A DNA stretch of 34,649 nucleotides from an uncultured Dehalococcoidales bacterium (GTDB lineage Bacteria; Chloroflexota; Dehalococcoidia; E44-bin15), in assembly GCA_964438305.1 (NCBI GenBank), contig CAYTKL010000002.1, positions 1-34,649 of the forward strand, in the 5' to 3' direction. Positions 9,521 to 17,519 of this stretch are shown here, one piece after another; the stretch's first letter is position 1, and the number at the start of each line of letters is the position of its first letter. Both the position numbers and the translations under genes were made by a program. The notes beneath the pieces were generated by a model. The model was given only the letters and a program-made list of their open reading frames with translations. It ran no database searches and had not been told where the DNA came from.

Positions 9521-11240
9521 AGAGAAGCTGGCACGGACGATACAGGGTGAGATAGAGAAGGCGACCGGGGAGAAGGCGACGGTCTCGGTCCAGGACGGCA
9601 TCGCCACGCTGAGCGGGCGATTTCCCTCCAATCAGAGTGCGGTGGATGCCGGGCACACTGCCGCCGGCTTCGAGGAAGTCAGGGAGGTTGTCAGCGATAT
9701 CGACTATCCGGGCAAGGTGCCCTTCGTTCCACCTCCGAAGGTGTCGGACGAGCTCACGGGGAAGGAGTTCGACGTTGTCATCGTGGGTGGTGGAGTCATC
9801 GGGGTGGCGATCGCCAGGGAGCTCTCGCGGTTCAACCTGAGCATAGCGGTCATCGAAAGGCACGACGACCTGGGGATGGACCAGACCTTCCACAGCAACG
9901 CGACGGTACATCCCGCCGTCGTCACCGACTACGGGACGCTCAAATGGGAGATGAACTACCGGGGAAACCCCATGTGGGACCAGGTCGCCAGCGAGCTCGA
10001 CGTCGATTTCAAGCGCATCGGGACACTCGTTCTGGCGGAGAACCCCGAGGGGGAGCAGATGCTTCCCTTCGGAGTAGAGATGGCGACCAAGCATAAGGAC
10101 CCATCTCCGAGGTTGCTGGATAGGGACGAGTTGGACGAGATCGAGCCGGGGCTGGCGCCGCACATCAGGAAGGGCCTTTACATATGGAACACGGGCATCA
10201 TTAACCCGTTCGAGCTGGTGCTGGCGTATGCCGAGAATGCCTTGACCAACGGAGTACAGTTCTCTCTCGATACCTGCGTCACCGGGGTACAAACCGAGGA
10301 CGGAGGAGTCAGGGCGGTAGACACGACGAGAGGAACGGTGAAGACGCCCATCCTGGTGAACGCCGCGGGGCTGTATTCCGACAGAATCGCCGAGTTTGCC
10401 GGCGACAGGTTCTTCACCATTCATCCCAGGAAGGGTGAGACCATCATCTTCGACGCGTCCTATCAGCCAACGCGGACCATCGTGGCTACGCTTGGCATGA
10501 TGACGCGGAGAAGCAAGCATTCGAAGGGGGGTGGCATCATCCCCACCACCGACGGCAATCTTCAGTTCGGCCCGACGGCGGACGAGGTGTGCGATAGGGA
10601 GGACGTTTCCACCACATCCGCCGCGCTCGAGACGCTATTCAACAGGTTCGCGCCGGTGCTGGAGCAGCTCAAGCTGGACTATGAGAAACCGGACAAGGGC
10701 AAGATAATCGCTCATTTCGCCGGGTGCAGGGCGCCGACGTACAAGGAGGACTTCATCATCGAGCCTTCCCGAAGGGTGAAGGGGTTGATTCACGCCGCCG
10801 GCATTCAGTCTCCGGGGCTGGCTTCCGCCCCGGCCGTTGCCCAGAGGGTGGTGGAGATACTGGTCGCGGAAACCCACCCTGCCGAGAAGGCGGAGTTCGT
10901 GCCGACGAGAAAGGCGACCAAGCACTTCTGGAGGCTGGACGACAGGGAGCGGCAGGAGCTCATCCGGACGAACCCACTGTACGGTCACATCGTCTGCCGC
11001 TGTGAGCACGTGAGCGAGGGCGAGATCGTTGATGTCCTCCACCGTGGCATCCCGGCGAACAGCGTCGACGCCGTCAAGAGGAGGACCAGGGCCGGCCTGG
11101 GGAGATGCCAGGGCGGTTTCTGCATGCCGCGGGTTATGGATATCATCAGCAGGGAGGCCAACATACAGAAGGACTTGATCACCAAGAGAGGAGGCAAGTC
11201 CTTCATCCTGAGCGGAAGAACCAAGCGGGGAGAGCGATGA
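9513..11240 (+). CDS. FAD-dependent oxidoreductase, GlpA-like (anaerobic glycerol-3-phosphate dehydrogenase type) with C-terminal BFD-like [2Fe-2S] domain and N-terminal BON-like domain
   Basis: DVVIVGGGVIGVAIARELS dinucleotide fold and a C-terminal CRCEHVSEGEIVD...RRTRAGLGRCQGGFC. ATG 9513 overlaps the upstream TGA (9518-9520) and is preferred over 9492. Confidence 0.8.
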   Translation: MAEEKLARTIQGEIEKATGEKATVSVQDGIATLSGRFPSNQSAVDAGHTAAGFEEVREVVSDIDYPGKVPFVPPPKVSDELTGKEFDVVIVGGGVIGVAIARELSRFNLSIAVIERHDDLGMDQTFHSNATVHPAVVTDYGTLKWEMNYRGNPMWDQVASELDVDFKRIGTLVLAENPEGEQMLPFGVEMATKHKDPSPRLLDRDELDEIEPGLAPHIRKGLYIWNTGIINPFELVLAYAENALTNGVQFSLDTCVTGVQTEDGGVRAVDTTRGTVKTPILVNAAGLYSDRIAEFAGDRFFTIHPRKGETIIFDASYQPTRTIVATLGMMTRRSKHSKGGGIIPTTDGNLQFGPTADEVCDREDVSTTSAALETLFNRFAPVLEQLKLDYEKPDKGKIIAHFAGCRAPTYKEDFIIEPSRRVKGLIHAAGIQSPGLASAPAVAQRVVEILVAETHPAEKAEFVPTRKATKHFWRLDDRERQELIRTNPLYGHIVCRCEHVSEGEIVDVLHRGIPANSVDAVKRRTRAGLGRCQGGFCMPRVMDIISREANIQKDLITKRGGKSFILSGRTKRGER

Positions 11241-12793
11241 AGTACTTCGTTGTCATCGACGGGGGAACGCAGAACGTCAAGGCATTCATCTTCGACGAGA
11301 AGGGGAATGAGGTCTACGGCGAGGCACATCCTGTCACTCCCTATTTCGCCACGCAACCCGACTTTGCTGAGCAGGATGCGGAGGAGTATCTCAGAATCAC
11401 GCAGAGCCTGACGAAGAGCGTGGTGGAGAAGTGCGGCGTCCCGAGAGATGAGCTTGCCGCCGTGGCCATCACAACTCATAGAAGCACCATTGTGCCCGTT
11501 GCCGAGGATGGCAGACCGGTGCGTCCCGCCATCACCTGGCTTGACGAACGCAAGACCGAGGGCCTCAAGCTGCCCGGCGGTCCGCTCATGGCAGTGGCGT
11601 TCAGATTGCAGAGAATGACCTTCAAGCTCACCGAGTACCAGAGGAGGTCCAAGTTCAACTGGCTCAGGGAGCACGAACGGGACAGCTACGACCGGACGCA
11701 TATGTTCCTCACCATCTCGTCGTACATCTTCCACGGGCTGACAGGACAGTTCAAAGACTGTTCCTCCATGATAGTCGGGCTGTTCCCCATAGACCTGAAA
11801 GGGCTGCGGTGGCACCCCATGGGGGTGGTCTTCGAGGTCTTCGGGGTCGACCGGGAGAAGCTGCCCCCTCTTGTCACGCCAACGGACATCGCCGGAACGG
11901 TCTCGGACGAGGGGGCGCGGGACTTCGGCATACCGCCGGGTCTGCCGGTCATCATCGGGGCGGGGGACAAGCAATCGGAGCTGCTGGGCGCCGGCGCTAT
12001 AACCAGCGATGTGGCTGAGATCAGCTACGGGACCGCCGCCGTCATTGAAGTGTCCTCCGCCAAGTACGTCACTCAGCGCAGCATGGATTTCTTCACCTGG
12101 GGCGCGGCGATCCCCAACCAGTGGGCGCTCGAAGGCTTCCTGCCCAAGGGATACTGGATGGTCTCGTGGTTCAAGCAGGAGTTCTGCAAACACCAGCAGG
12201 AGGAGGCCGACAGGCTCATGATGGAACCCGAGGAGCTGCTGGACCGGGAGATGGACCAGGTCCCACCCGGTTCGATGGGACTCATGCTTCAGCCTCACTG
12301 GCACCCGCTGGAGAATGACCCCCTGTCCAAAGGGGCCATAATAGGCTTTGCCGGGCACCACACCAGAACACATATCTACAGGGCGATTGTGGAGGGCGTG
12401 GCCTACGAGTTGCGCCGAATGAAAGAGATAATCGAGAGGCACTCGGGCTACACGATAAGGGAGCTGCGCGTGGGTGGCGGAGGTTCGAGAAGCGATGAGG
12501 TCATGCAAGTCACCGCCGACATCTTCGGCCTCCCCGCAGTCAGACTGCATACGAGCAATCTCTCGGCCCTGGGGGCCGCCATCGACGCTGCCGTCGCTCT
12601 GAAGGTCTACCAGGGGTTCCCCGATGCCGTGGCCGGTATGGTGAGAGTGAAGGATACCTTCACCCCCCGCGAGGAGAATGCCAGGCTGTACGACAGGCTG
12701 TTCAATGAGGTGTACGAGAAGGTCTACCCCACGCTCTCCCCGTTGCATAACCGAATCGCCGAAATCACGGGCTACCCGCAGGTGAGGAAATGA
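11237..12793 (+). CDS. FGGY-family carbohydrate kinase (glycerol/xylulose-kinase superfamily; substrate unclear)
   Basis: MKYFVVIDGGTQNVKAFIFD... N-terminus, plus GAGDKQSELLGAG and LRVGGGGSRSDEVMQVTADIFGLP motifs. ATGA overlap with the upstream stop; the track start 11105 is rejected. Confidence 0.85.
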   Translation: MKYFVVIDGGTQNVKAFIFDEKGNEVYGEAHPVTPYFATQPDFAEQDAEEYLRITQSLTKSVVEKCGVPRDELAAVAITTHRSTIVPVAEDGRPVRPAITWLDERKTEGLKLPGGPLMAVAFRLQRMTFKLTEYQRRSKFNWLREHERDSYDRTHMFLTISSYIFHGLTGQFKDCSSMIVGLFPIDLKGLRWHPMGVVFEVFGVDREKLPPLVTPTDIAGTVSDEGARDFGIPPGLPVIIGAGDKQSELLGAGAITSDVAEISYGTAAVIEVSSAKYVTQRSMDFFTWGAAIPNQWALEGFLPKGYWMVSWFKQEFCKHQQEEADRLMMEPEELLDREMDQVPPGSMGLMLQPHWHPLENDPLSKGAIIGFAGHHTRTHIYRAIVEGVAYELRRMKEIIERHSGYTIRELRVGGGGSRSDEVMQVTADIFGLPAVRLHTSNLSALGAAIDAAVALKVYQGFPDAVAGMVRVKDTFTPREENARLYDRLFNEVYEKVYPTLSPLHNRIAEITGYPQVRK

Positions 12794-12829
12794 AGCGGAC
12801 AGGCTTTCCTGTGGCCTGGCCGGTGAGAG

Positions 12830-14074
12830 ATGCCGATGGAAGCTGACGTAACCGTGGTGGGCAGTGGGCCCGCCGGGCTTGTCGCCGCCCTTCACGCCCG
12901 TGAGAACGGGGCGAAGGATGTCCTTCTTCTTGAGAGAGAGGAGGAGCTGGGCGGCATCCTCAAGCAATGCATACACAACGGCTTCGGCCTGGAGCAGTTC
13001 AAGAAGGACTACACCGGACCCGAGTATGCGGAGCGCCTCATCGAGGAGATTGAGAAGACGGACGTGCGCTGCTTCCTGAACACGATGGTGACTGCGGTCT
13101 CGCCGGACAGGACGGTTACCGCGGTCAATCCGGAGAGCGGCGTGTTCGAGGTGGAATCGAAGAGCGTGGTGCTGGCCATGGGGTGCCGCGAGCGTCCTCG
13201 CAGCAGCATCAATATCCCCGGCTCTCGCCCCGCCGGAATCTACACCGCAGGGGTGGCTCAGAGGTTCGTCAACATCGATGGGTACCTTCCCGGCAAAGAG
13301 GTCGTCATTCTGGGGTCGGGAGACATCGGGCTCATCATGGCGCGCCGGCTTACCCTTGAGGGCGCTCGGGTGAAAGGCGTCTACGAGATCATGGACTACC
13401 CCGGCGGACTCAAGAGGAATATCGTGCAGTGCCTCAATGACTTCGATATCCCGCTTCACCTGTCCCACACGGTTACCGAGGTGCGCGGCCTCGAGCGCGT
13501 CGAAGGCGTGGTGGTATCTCGGGTGGACGAGGAAATGCAGCCTGTCCCGGGCAGCGAGCAGTCAATACCCTGCGATACCCTGCTTCTCTCCGTCGGCCTC
13601 ATCCCGGAGAACGAGCTATCGAAGGGAGCGGGAGTAGAGCTGAGTCCGGTCACAACGGGCCCGGTTACCACGGAGACAATGGAGACGGGAGTGCCCGGGA
13701 TATTCACCTGCGGCAACGTATCCACCGTGTTCGACCTGGTGGACTATGTTGCCGAGACGGGCATGACCGCCGGCAGGAACGCGGCACGCTTCGCCACGGG
13801 CGATTGGAGCACGCAGGGGGATGCCTTGGAGATAGTCCGGGGAGAGAATGTGAGAACGCTGTTCCCGCAGCGCTACTCCTTCCAGGATGACCTCGTTCTC
13901 TTCATCAGGGCGGCGAAGCCGGTCGAGAAACCGGTCCGAATAAACGTCTCGCCTCTGGACCTGCACTTCAAGAAGCTGTACGCCCGGCCAAACGAGATGA
14001 TCAGGGTCAAGGTGCCCCGGAGCAGGCTGAAGGAGACCAGGGAGTCGATACAGGTCAGCATAACGGAGAGATAG
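12830..14074 (+). CDS. NAD(P)/FAD-dependent pyridine-nucleotide-disulfide-type oxidoreductase (GlpB-like partner of GlpA-like/DUF1667 sets)
   Basis: VTVVGSGPAGLVAALHA and VVILGSGDIGLIMARRL double Rossmann motifs, followed directly by a DUF1667 gene. Confidence 0.8.
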   Translation: MPMEADVTVVGSGPAGLVAALHARENGAKDVLLLEREEELGGILKQCIHNGFGLEQFKKDYTGPEYAERLIEEIEKTDVRCFLNTMVTAVSPDRTVTAVNPESGVFEVESKSVVLAMGCRERPRSSINIPGSRPAGIYTAGVAQRFVNIDGYLPGKEVVILGSGDIGLIMARRLTLEGARVKGVYEIMDYPGGLKRNIVQCLNDFDIPLHLSHTVTEVRGLERVEGVVVSRVDEEMQPVPGSEQSIPCDTLLLSVGLIPENELSKGAGVELSPVTTGPVTTETMETGVPGIFTCGNVSTVFDLVDYVAETGMTAGRNAARFATGDWSTQGDALEIVRGENVRTLFPQRYSFQDDLVLFIRAAKPVEKPVRINVSPLDLHFKKLYARPNEMIRVKVPRSRLKETRESIQVSITER

Positions 14075-14076
14075 GC

Positions 14077-14457
14077 ATGGACGTGGAGAAGAGGCATTTC
14101 ACCTGTGTCACATGTCCCGTCGGCTGCGAGATCGATGTCGAGCTTCGCGACGGCGAGGTGCTCTCCTTGACGGGCAACAGGTGCGCGAAGGGGAAGGACT
14201 TCGTCCTGCAGGAGCTGGAGGAGCCGATGCGTGTGCTCACTACAACGGTCCCCATAGAGGGGGCGAAGTGGGCAATGCTCCCGGTCCGCACCGACAGGTC
14301 AATCCCAAGGCGGTTGTTCTTCGAGGTGATGGGGGAGGTCGGGGGTGTACAGCTTCAGGCGCCGGTCCAGGTCTCCGACGTGATTCTCGAAGATGTTGCC
14401 GGCACCGGTGCGAATATCATAGCCACCAGGAACATGAAACGCGTGGACGGGGGCTAG
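14077..14457 (+). CDS. DUF1667 domain protein
   Basis: 126 aa. FTCVTCPVGCEIDVEL...GNRCAKGKDF Cys motif and the rest of the sequence are typical of DUF1667. Lies 2 nt after the upstream gene. Confidence 0.85.
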   Translation: MDVEKRHFTCVTCPVGCEIDVELRDGEVLSLTGNRCAKGKDFVLQELEEPMRVLTTTVPIEGAKWAMLPVRTDRSIPRRLFFEVMGEVGGVQLQAPVQVSDVILEDVAGTGANIIATRNMKRVDGG

Positions 14458-14672
14458 CGGGCCTGCAGGGGCAGGTGCCGGCGCGCGGGGACCGCTCCGC
14501 GCTTCAGTTTGTCTGGCTCAGTGTCCGGTCGGGCTGTTGCAGGGGGGACTCTCGCTGCCCCCTGGCGGCTCTTCTGCGTTACCATCGGAGTGGGGGTAAT
14601 ACGGGGGCTGGATAGCCGGTGCAACCCCCGGGTCAGCGTGAACGAGGAGACGGGTGAAAGGAGGCTGATTGA

Positions 14673-15881
14673 ATGGAGGATGCAGTAATAGTCGACTATC
14701 TCAGGTCGGGCTTTTCCAGGTCGAGGCCCAGGGACCCGGAGAGGGATGTGTTCAACAAGCTGAGAATGGACGACGTTGCCGGCATGCTGGTCAACGAGAT
14801 TCTGCGCAGGACCGGCATCAACCCTGAGGAGATCGACGACGTGCTGACCGGAACGGCGATGCCACTGCGCGAGCAGTGGCTGTACGGAGGGAGGATGATC
14901 AACTTCCTCGCCAAGCTGCCGTTCAACGTCCCGGCTCAAGGAGTCGACCGCCAGTGTGCCTCGTCGATGTCCACCATCCACCAGGGCGCCATGGAGATAA
15001 TTCTGGGGTACTCCGACATCGTTATCTCCTGCGGAATCGAGCACATGACCCACATCCCGGCGCTGGGTGCTGGGGGCGGCCCCGGCCAGGAAGTGCCGGT
15101 GGAGCCCAACCCCAGGTTCTTCACCGCGGAGTACAAGGAATACGACTTCATGACTGCGGCCAACATGGGCCTCACCGCGGAGAAGCTCTTCTCGCAGACC
15201 ACCTTCACCAGGGAGGACATGGACAAATGGTCGCTGAGGAGCCATAAGATGGCGGCGAAAGCGCTCGAAGAGGGATACTTCGCAGGGGAGATAATGCCCG
15301 TCGAAGCGCAGCAGGCGGACGGCACCAAGAGGGTCATTGACCGTGATGCAAGCATCAGAGGGGATACGACTATGGAGGACCTTGCCGACCTGAAGCCGCC
15401 CTTCAAGCCCGACGGGCAGATAACGGCGGGCAATTCCTCTCCGCTCAATGCCGGTGCGACGGCGATGGTGTTGATGTCGAAGAAGAAGGCGCAGGAGTGC
15501 AAATTGAAGCCGCTGGCCAGGATCGTATCCATGGGATGGGCCGGCGTTGACCCCACGGTCATGGGGGAAGGCCCCGTTCCGGCAACCCGCAAGGCTTTGC
15601 AGCACGCCGGTCTTGAAGTGAAGGACATCGATTTCTGGGAGATCAACGAGGCCTTTGCCATCGTGACGCTCAATGCCATCAAAGAGCTGGGTATCGACCC
15701 TGACAAGGTCAACGTCAAGGGCGGCGCGGTTGCCATCGGGCATCCCCTGGGGGCGACCGGGACCAGGCTTGTCGGTACACTCGCCAGGATACTCAACGTC
15801 GAGGGTGGGAGGTACGGCGTGGCCACCGCCTGCGTCGGCGGCGGGCAGGGCGCTACCACCATACTGGAGCGGGAGGGGTAG
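14673..15881 (+). CDS. acetyl-CoA C-acyltransferase (thiolase)
   Basis: VDRQCASSM active-site Cys, plus GNSSPLNAGA, NEAFA, GGAVAIGHPLGATG and CVGGGQG motifs. AAGGAGG RBS. Confidence 0.9.
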   Translation: MEDAVIVDYLRSGFSRSRPRDPERDVFNKLRMDDVAGMLVNEILRRTGINPEEIDDVLTGTAMPLREQWLYGGRMINFLAKLPFNVPAQGVDRQCASSMSTIHQGAMEIILGYSDIVISCGIEHMTHIPALGAGGGPGQEVPVEPNPRFFTAEYKEYDFMTAANMGLTAEKLFSQTTFTREDMDKWSLRSHKMAAKALEEGYFAGEIMPVEAQQADGTKRVIDRDASIRGDTTMEDLADLKPPFKPDGQITAGNSSPLNAGATAMVLMSKKKAQECKLKPLARIVSMGWAGVDPTVMGEGPVPATRKALQHAGLEVKDIDFWEINEAFAIVTLNAIKELGIDPDKVNVKGGAVAIGHPLGATGTRLVGTLARILNVEGGRYGVATACVGGGQGATTILEREG

Positions 15882-16031
15882 CGTAACGCCCCGGTGGCGC
15901 TGCTATCGCCGCCACGCTGGCTGTGAGCTACAGCGGTTGCAGGCTGACGAGCCACGCCGGTAGCCCGCGGTGTGGGGTCGTTTCGATTGCGGTTGATAGT
16001 AGGACGTCGCGCGATTGCGTCAGTGATGAGA

Positions 16032-16061
16032 AACACCTGGCTATTGCAGTAGCCAGGTGTT
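16032..16061. terminator. 12-bp perfect stem-loop at the left border of the low-GC insertion
   Basis: AACACCTGGCTA-ttgcag-TAGCCAGGTGTT. No clear U-tract on the plus strand, so its role as a terminator is uncertain. Confidence 0.3.
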
Positions 16062-16147
16062 CATGATAGCATCAGGAGAGCTAGAGTAGGCGTCTCACAC
16101 TGTGCCGGTCCTCGAAGCTAGTGCCAGTAGCTTTGAGAACTTTCCGA

Positions 16148-16172
16148 CATAGACAGTATAGCATTGTCTATG
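16148..16172. promoter_or_regulatory. inverted repeat, candidate autoregulatory operator of the DUF433/DUF5615 pair
   Basis: CATAGACA-N9-TGTCTATG, ending 16 nt upstream of the ATG at 16189 and just before the GGGAGG RBS. Confidence 0.4.
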
Positions 16173-16188
16173 AAGGGAGGTCAAGATT

Positions 16189-16878
16189 ATGACTGCCGAA
16201 TCTGCCACTCAACCTCGCAAGATTCAACCACTCGGCTTCTACACTCCGAGTGAAGCCGCTCGTATCTGTAGGGTTCCCCAATGGACAATGAATTCCTGGC
16301 GAAGACAGGGAGTCATTGTCCCATCTGTCCGGTGGGTAGATGAAGAGCATAAACCGCATATCGGCTACACATTCGAGACTGCAGTGTTCTTGCGCCTCGT
16401 GAGGATGCTACGCGAGAAACGTGTCACGCTTCTTGATGCCGTGACTGCGATGCAACGATTGCGCCAACGCTTTGGGCCGCCAAGCACCGATTGGGCGGGT
16501 ATTAGCATCTTCGTCTATGGCGTAGGCGATGTCTACGTGCATCGAGAGCAGGATGAATGGGGGACGACTTCACTTACTAGACAGCACCAAAGGGTCGCGG
16601 AACTGCTGTTTGGAGAGGAGTTCCAGCGCCTGAAAGAAAGGGCGGACGCTCTTCTAGTACCCAATGAGTTTCTAGATAACGTAGAGATTGACCCCTCAAT
16701 ACAGAACGGCCTTCCAATCATATTGGGTACTGCCGTGCTGACGAGCGTCGTTCACAAGCTGAGGATTCGAGGATACGAATACGGCGAGATTCAGAACATG
16801 TACCCATTCATAAGCGATGCAAGAATCGCGGGTGCTGAGGCATACGAGTCATTCCTAGACAAGGCCGCTTTGAGCTAG
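16189..16878 (+). CDS. DUF433 domain protein (antitoxin-like) with long N-terminal HTH-like extension
   Basis: The C-terminal VEIDPSIQNGLPIILGTAVLTSVVHKLRIRGYEYGEIQNMYPFISDARIAGAEAY matches the DUF433 pattern. The N-terminal YTPSEAARICRVPQWTMNSWRRQGVIVP looks like a MerR-type HTH. Local GC is visibly lower. Confidence 0.75.
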   Translation: MTAESATQPRKIQPLGFYTPSEAARICRVPQWTMNSWRRQGVIVPSVRWVDEEHKPHIGYTFETAVFLRLVRMLREKRVTLLDAVTAMQRLRQRFGPPSTDWAGISIFVYGVGDVYVHREQDEWGTTSLTRQHQRVAELLFGEEFQRLKERADALLVPNEFLDNVEIDPSIQNGLPIILGTAVLTSVVHKLRIRGYEYGEIQNMYPFISDARIAGAEAYESFLDKAALS

Positions 16879-16892
16879 AGGAAACCCCGCGC

Positions 16893-17444
16893 GTGTACAC
16901 AGATGCTAGTGCAAACGCGCGCGTGATAGACCTCCTATTGCAGCTGGGATGGGATGTCGAGACTGCACAGCAAGCAGGGTTAACAGGCAAGATAGACGAT
17001 GTGGTCTGGATTCGATACGCGAAGAAGCACGGACGTATAGCCATCACCTTTGATGAATTGAAAGGACAGCAAGGTGAGAAGGTTTCACGTGAACTACGAC
17101 AGCGGGGCGGCAATGTTCTGCGGGTACAAGGTGGGCCAGAGCAGAACAAATACCGCGCAGTCGGCAAACTACTGTTCCATTACCCAGAGTGGTATCCTTT
17201 CCTGTCTGCAAGCGACGGTGTCTCGGTGATCTCTGACGTCAGGAGACAAAGCTGCAGGAGCTATACCCCAGAGCAGTATCATCAGCACTGCCATCCAGTC
17301 GATGCGGAGCAATTCACCGAATACCTCAAGAGTCGTCGTCAACGAAAACCCTATCGCCCGAGAAAACGCAAGACGAAGCCGCCTGACGCTGCCCAGGAAC
17401 CCCTCCCCCAGCCTCCAAGTGTCCCACCAACCACAAGCGAATAG
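16893..17444 (+). CDS. DUF5615 (PIN-like / Mut7-C-like) putative toxin with basic Pro-rich C-terminal tail
   Basis: ...DASANARVIDLLLQLGWDVETAQQAGLTGKIDDVVWIRYAKKHGRIAITFDEL fits the DUF5615 pattern usually paired with DUF433. GTG start lies 14 nt after the partner gene. Tail is KSRRQRKPYRPRKRKTKPP.... Confidence 0.65.
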   Translation: MYTDASANARVIDLLLQLGWDVETAQQAGLTGKIDDVVWIRYAKKHGRIAITFDELKGQQGEKVSRELRQRGGNVLRVQGGPEQNKYRAVGKLLFHYPEWYPFLSASDGVSVISDVRRQSCRSYTPEQYHQHCHPVDAEQFTEYLKSRRQRKPYRPRKRKTKPPDAAQEPLPQPPSVPPTTSE

Positions 17445-17519
17445 AACCCGGTGCGGCGAGGCATTCCCTTTGCTGGCGGGCAAGGGCTGACACAACAATC
17501 CTTTGATTAGGGGTGCGTC

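Noticed and set aside
11105-11236. Upstream extensions suggested by the ORF track: kinase 11105, protein 22508, ArsR 29413, SagB 29498, first operon gene 19786 and MetE-like 32955.
   Set aside because: - Each extension overlaps the preceding gene or a mapped promoter, riboswitch or hairpin, and is compositionally non-protein-like.
- The internal starts have an RBS or stop/start overlaps typical of translational coupling.
10985-13468. 827-aa minus-strand ORF. Other long antisense ORFs are similar: 9402..10520, 14454..15743, 14936..16036, 17937..18980, 22547..23590, 23373..24374, 26541..27668, 33306..34148.
   Set aside because: - They lie opposite strongly recognisable plus-strand genes (kinase, GlpA-like, thiolase, mutase, WtpA, activase and so on).
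- Their translations are Arg/Pro/Gly/His-rich low-complexity sequence with no motifs.
- This is the typical stop-codon-poor shadow frame of GC-rich DNA.
15940-16000. tRNA-like 3' fragment (ggggtcgtttcgattgcgg) considered as an integration site for the low-GC insertion.
   Set aside because: - It does not form a T-arm or acceptor stem.
- There is no GTTCGAATC-type T-loop.
- No matching direct repeat lies on the right border (17445-17519).
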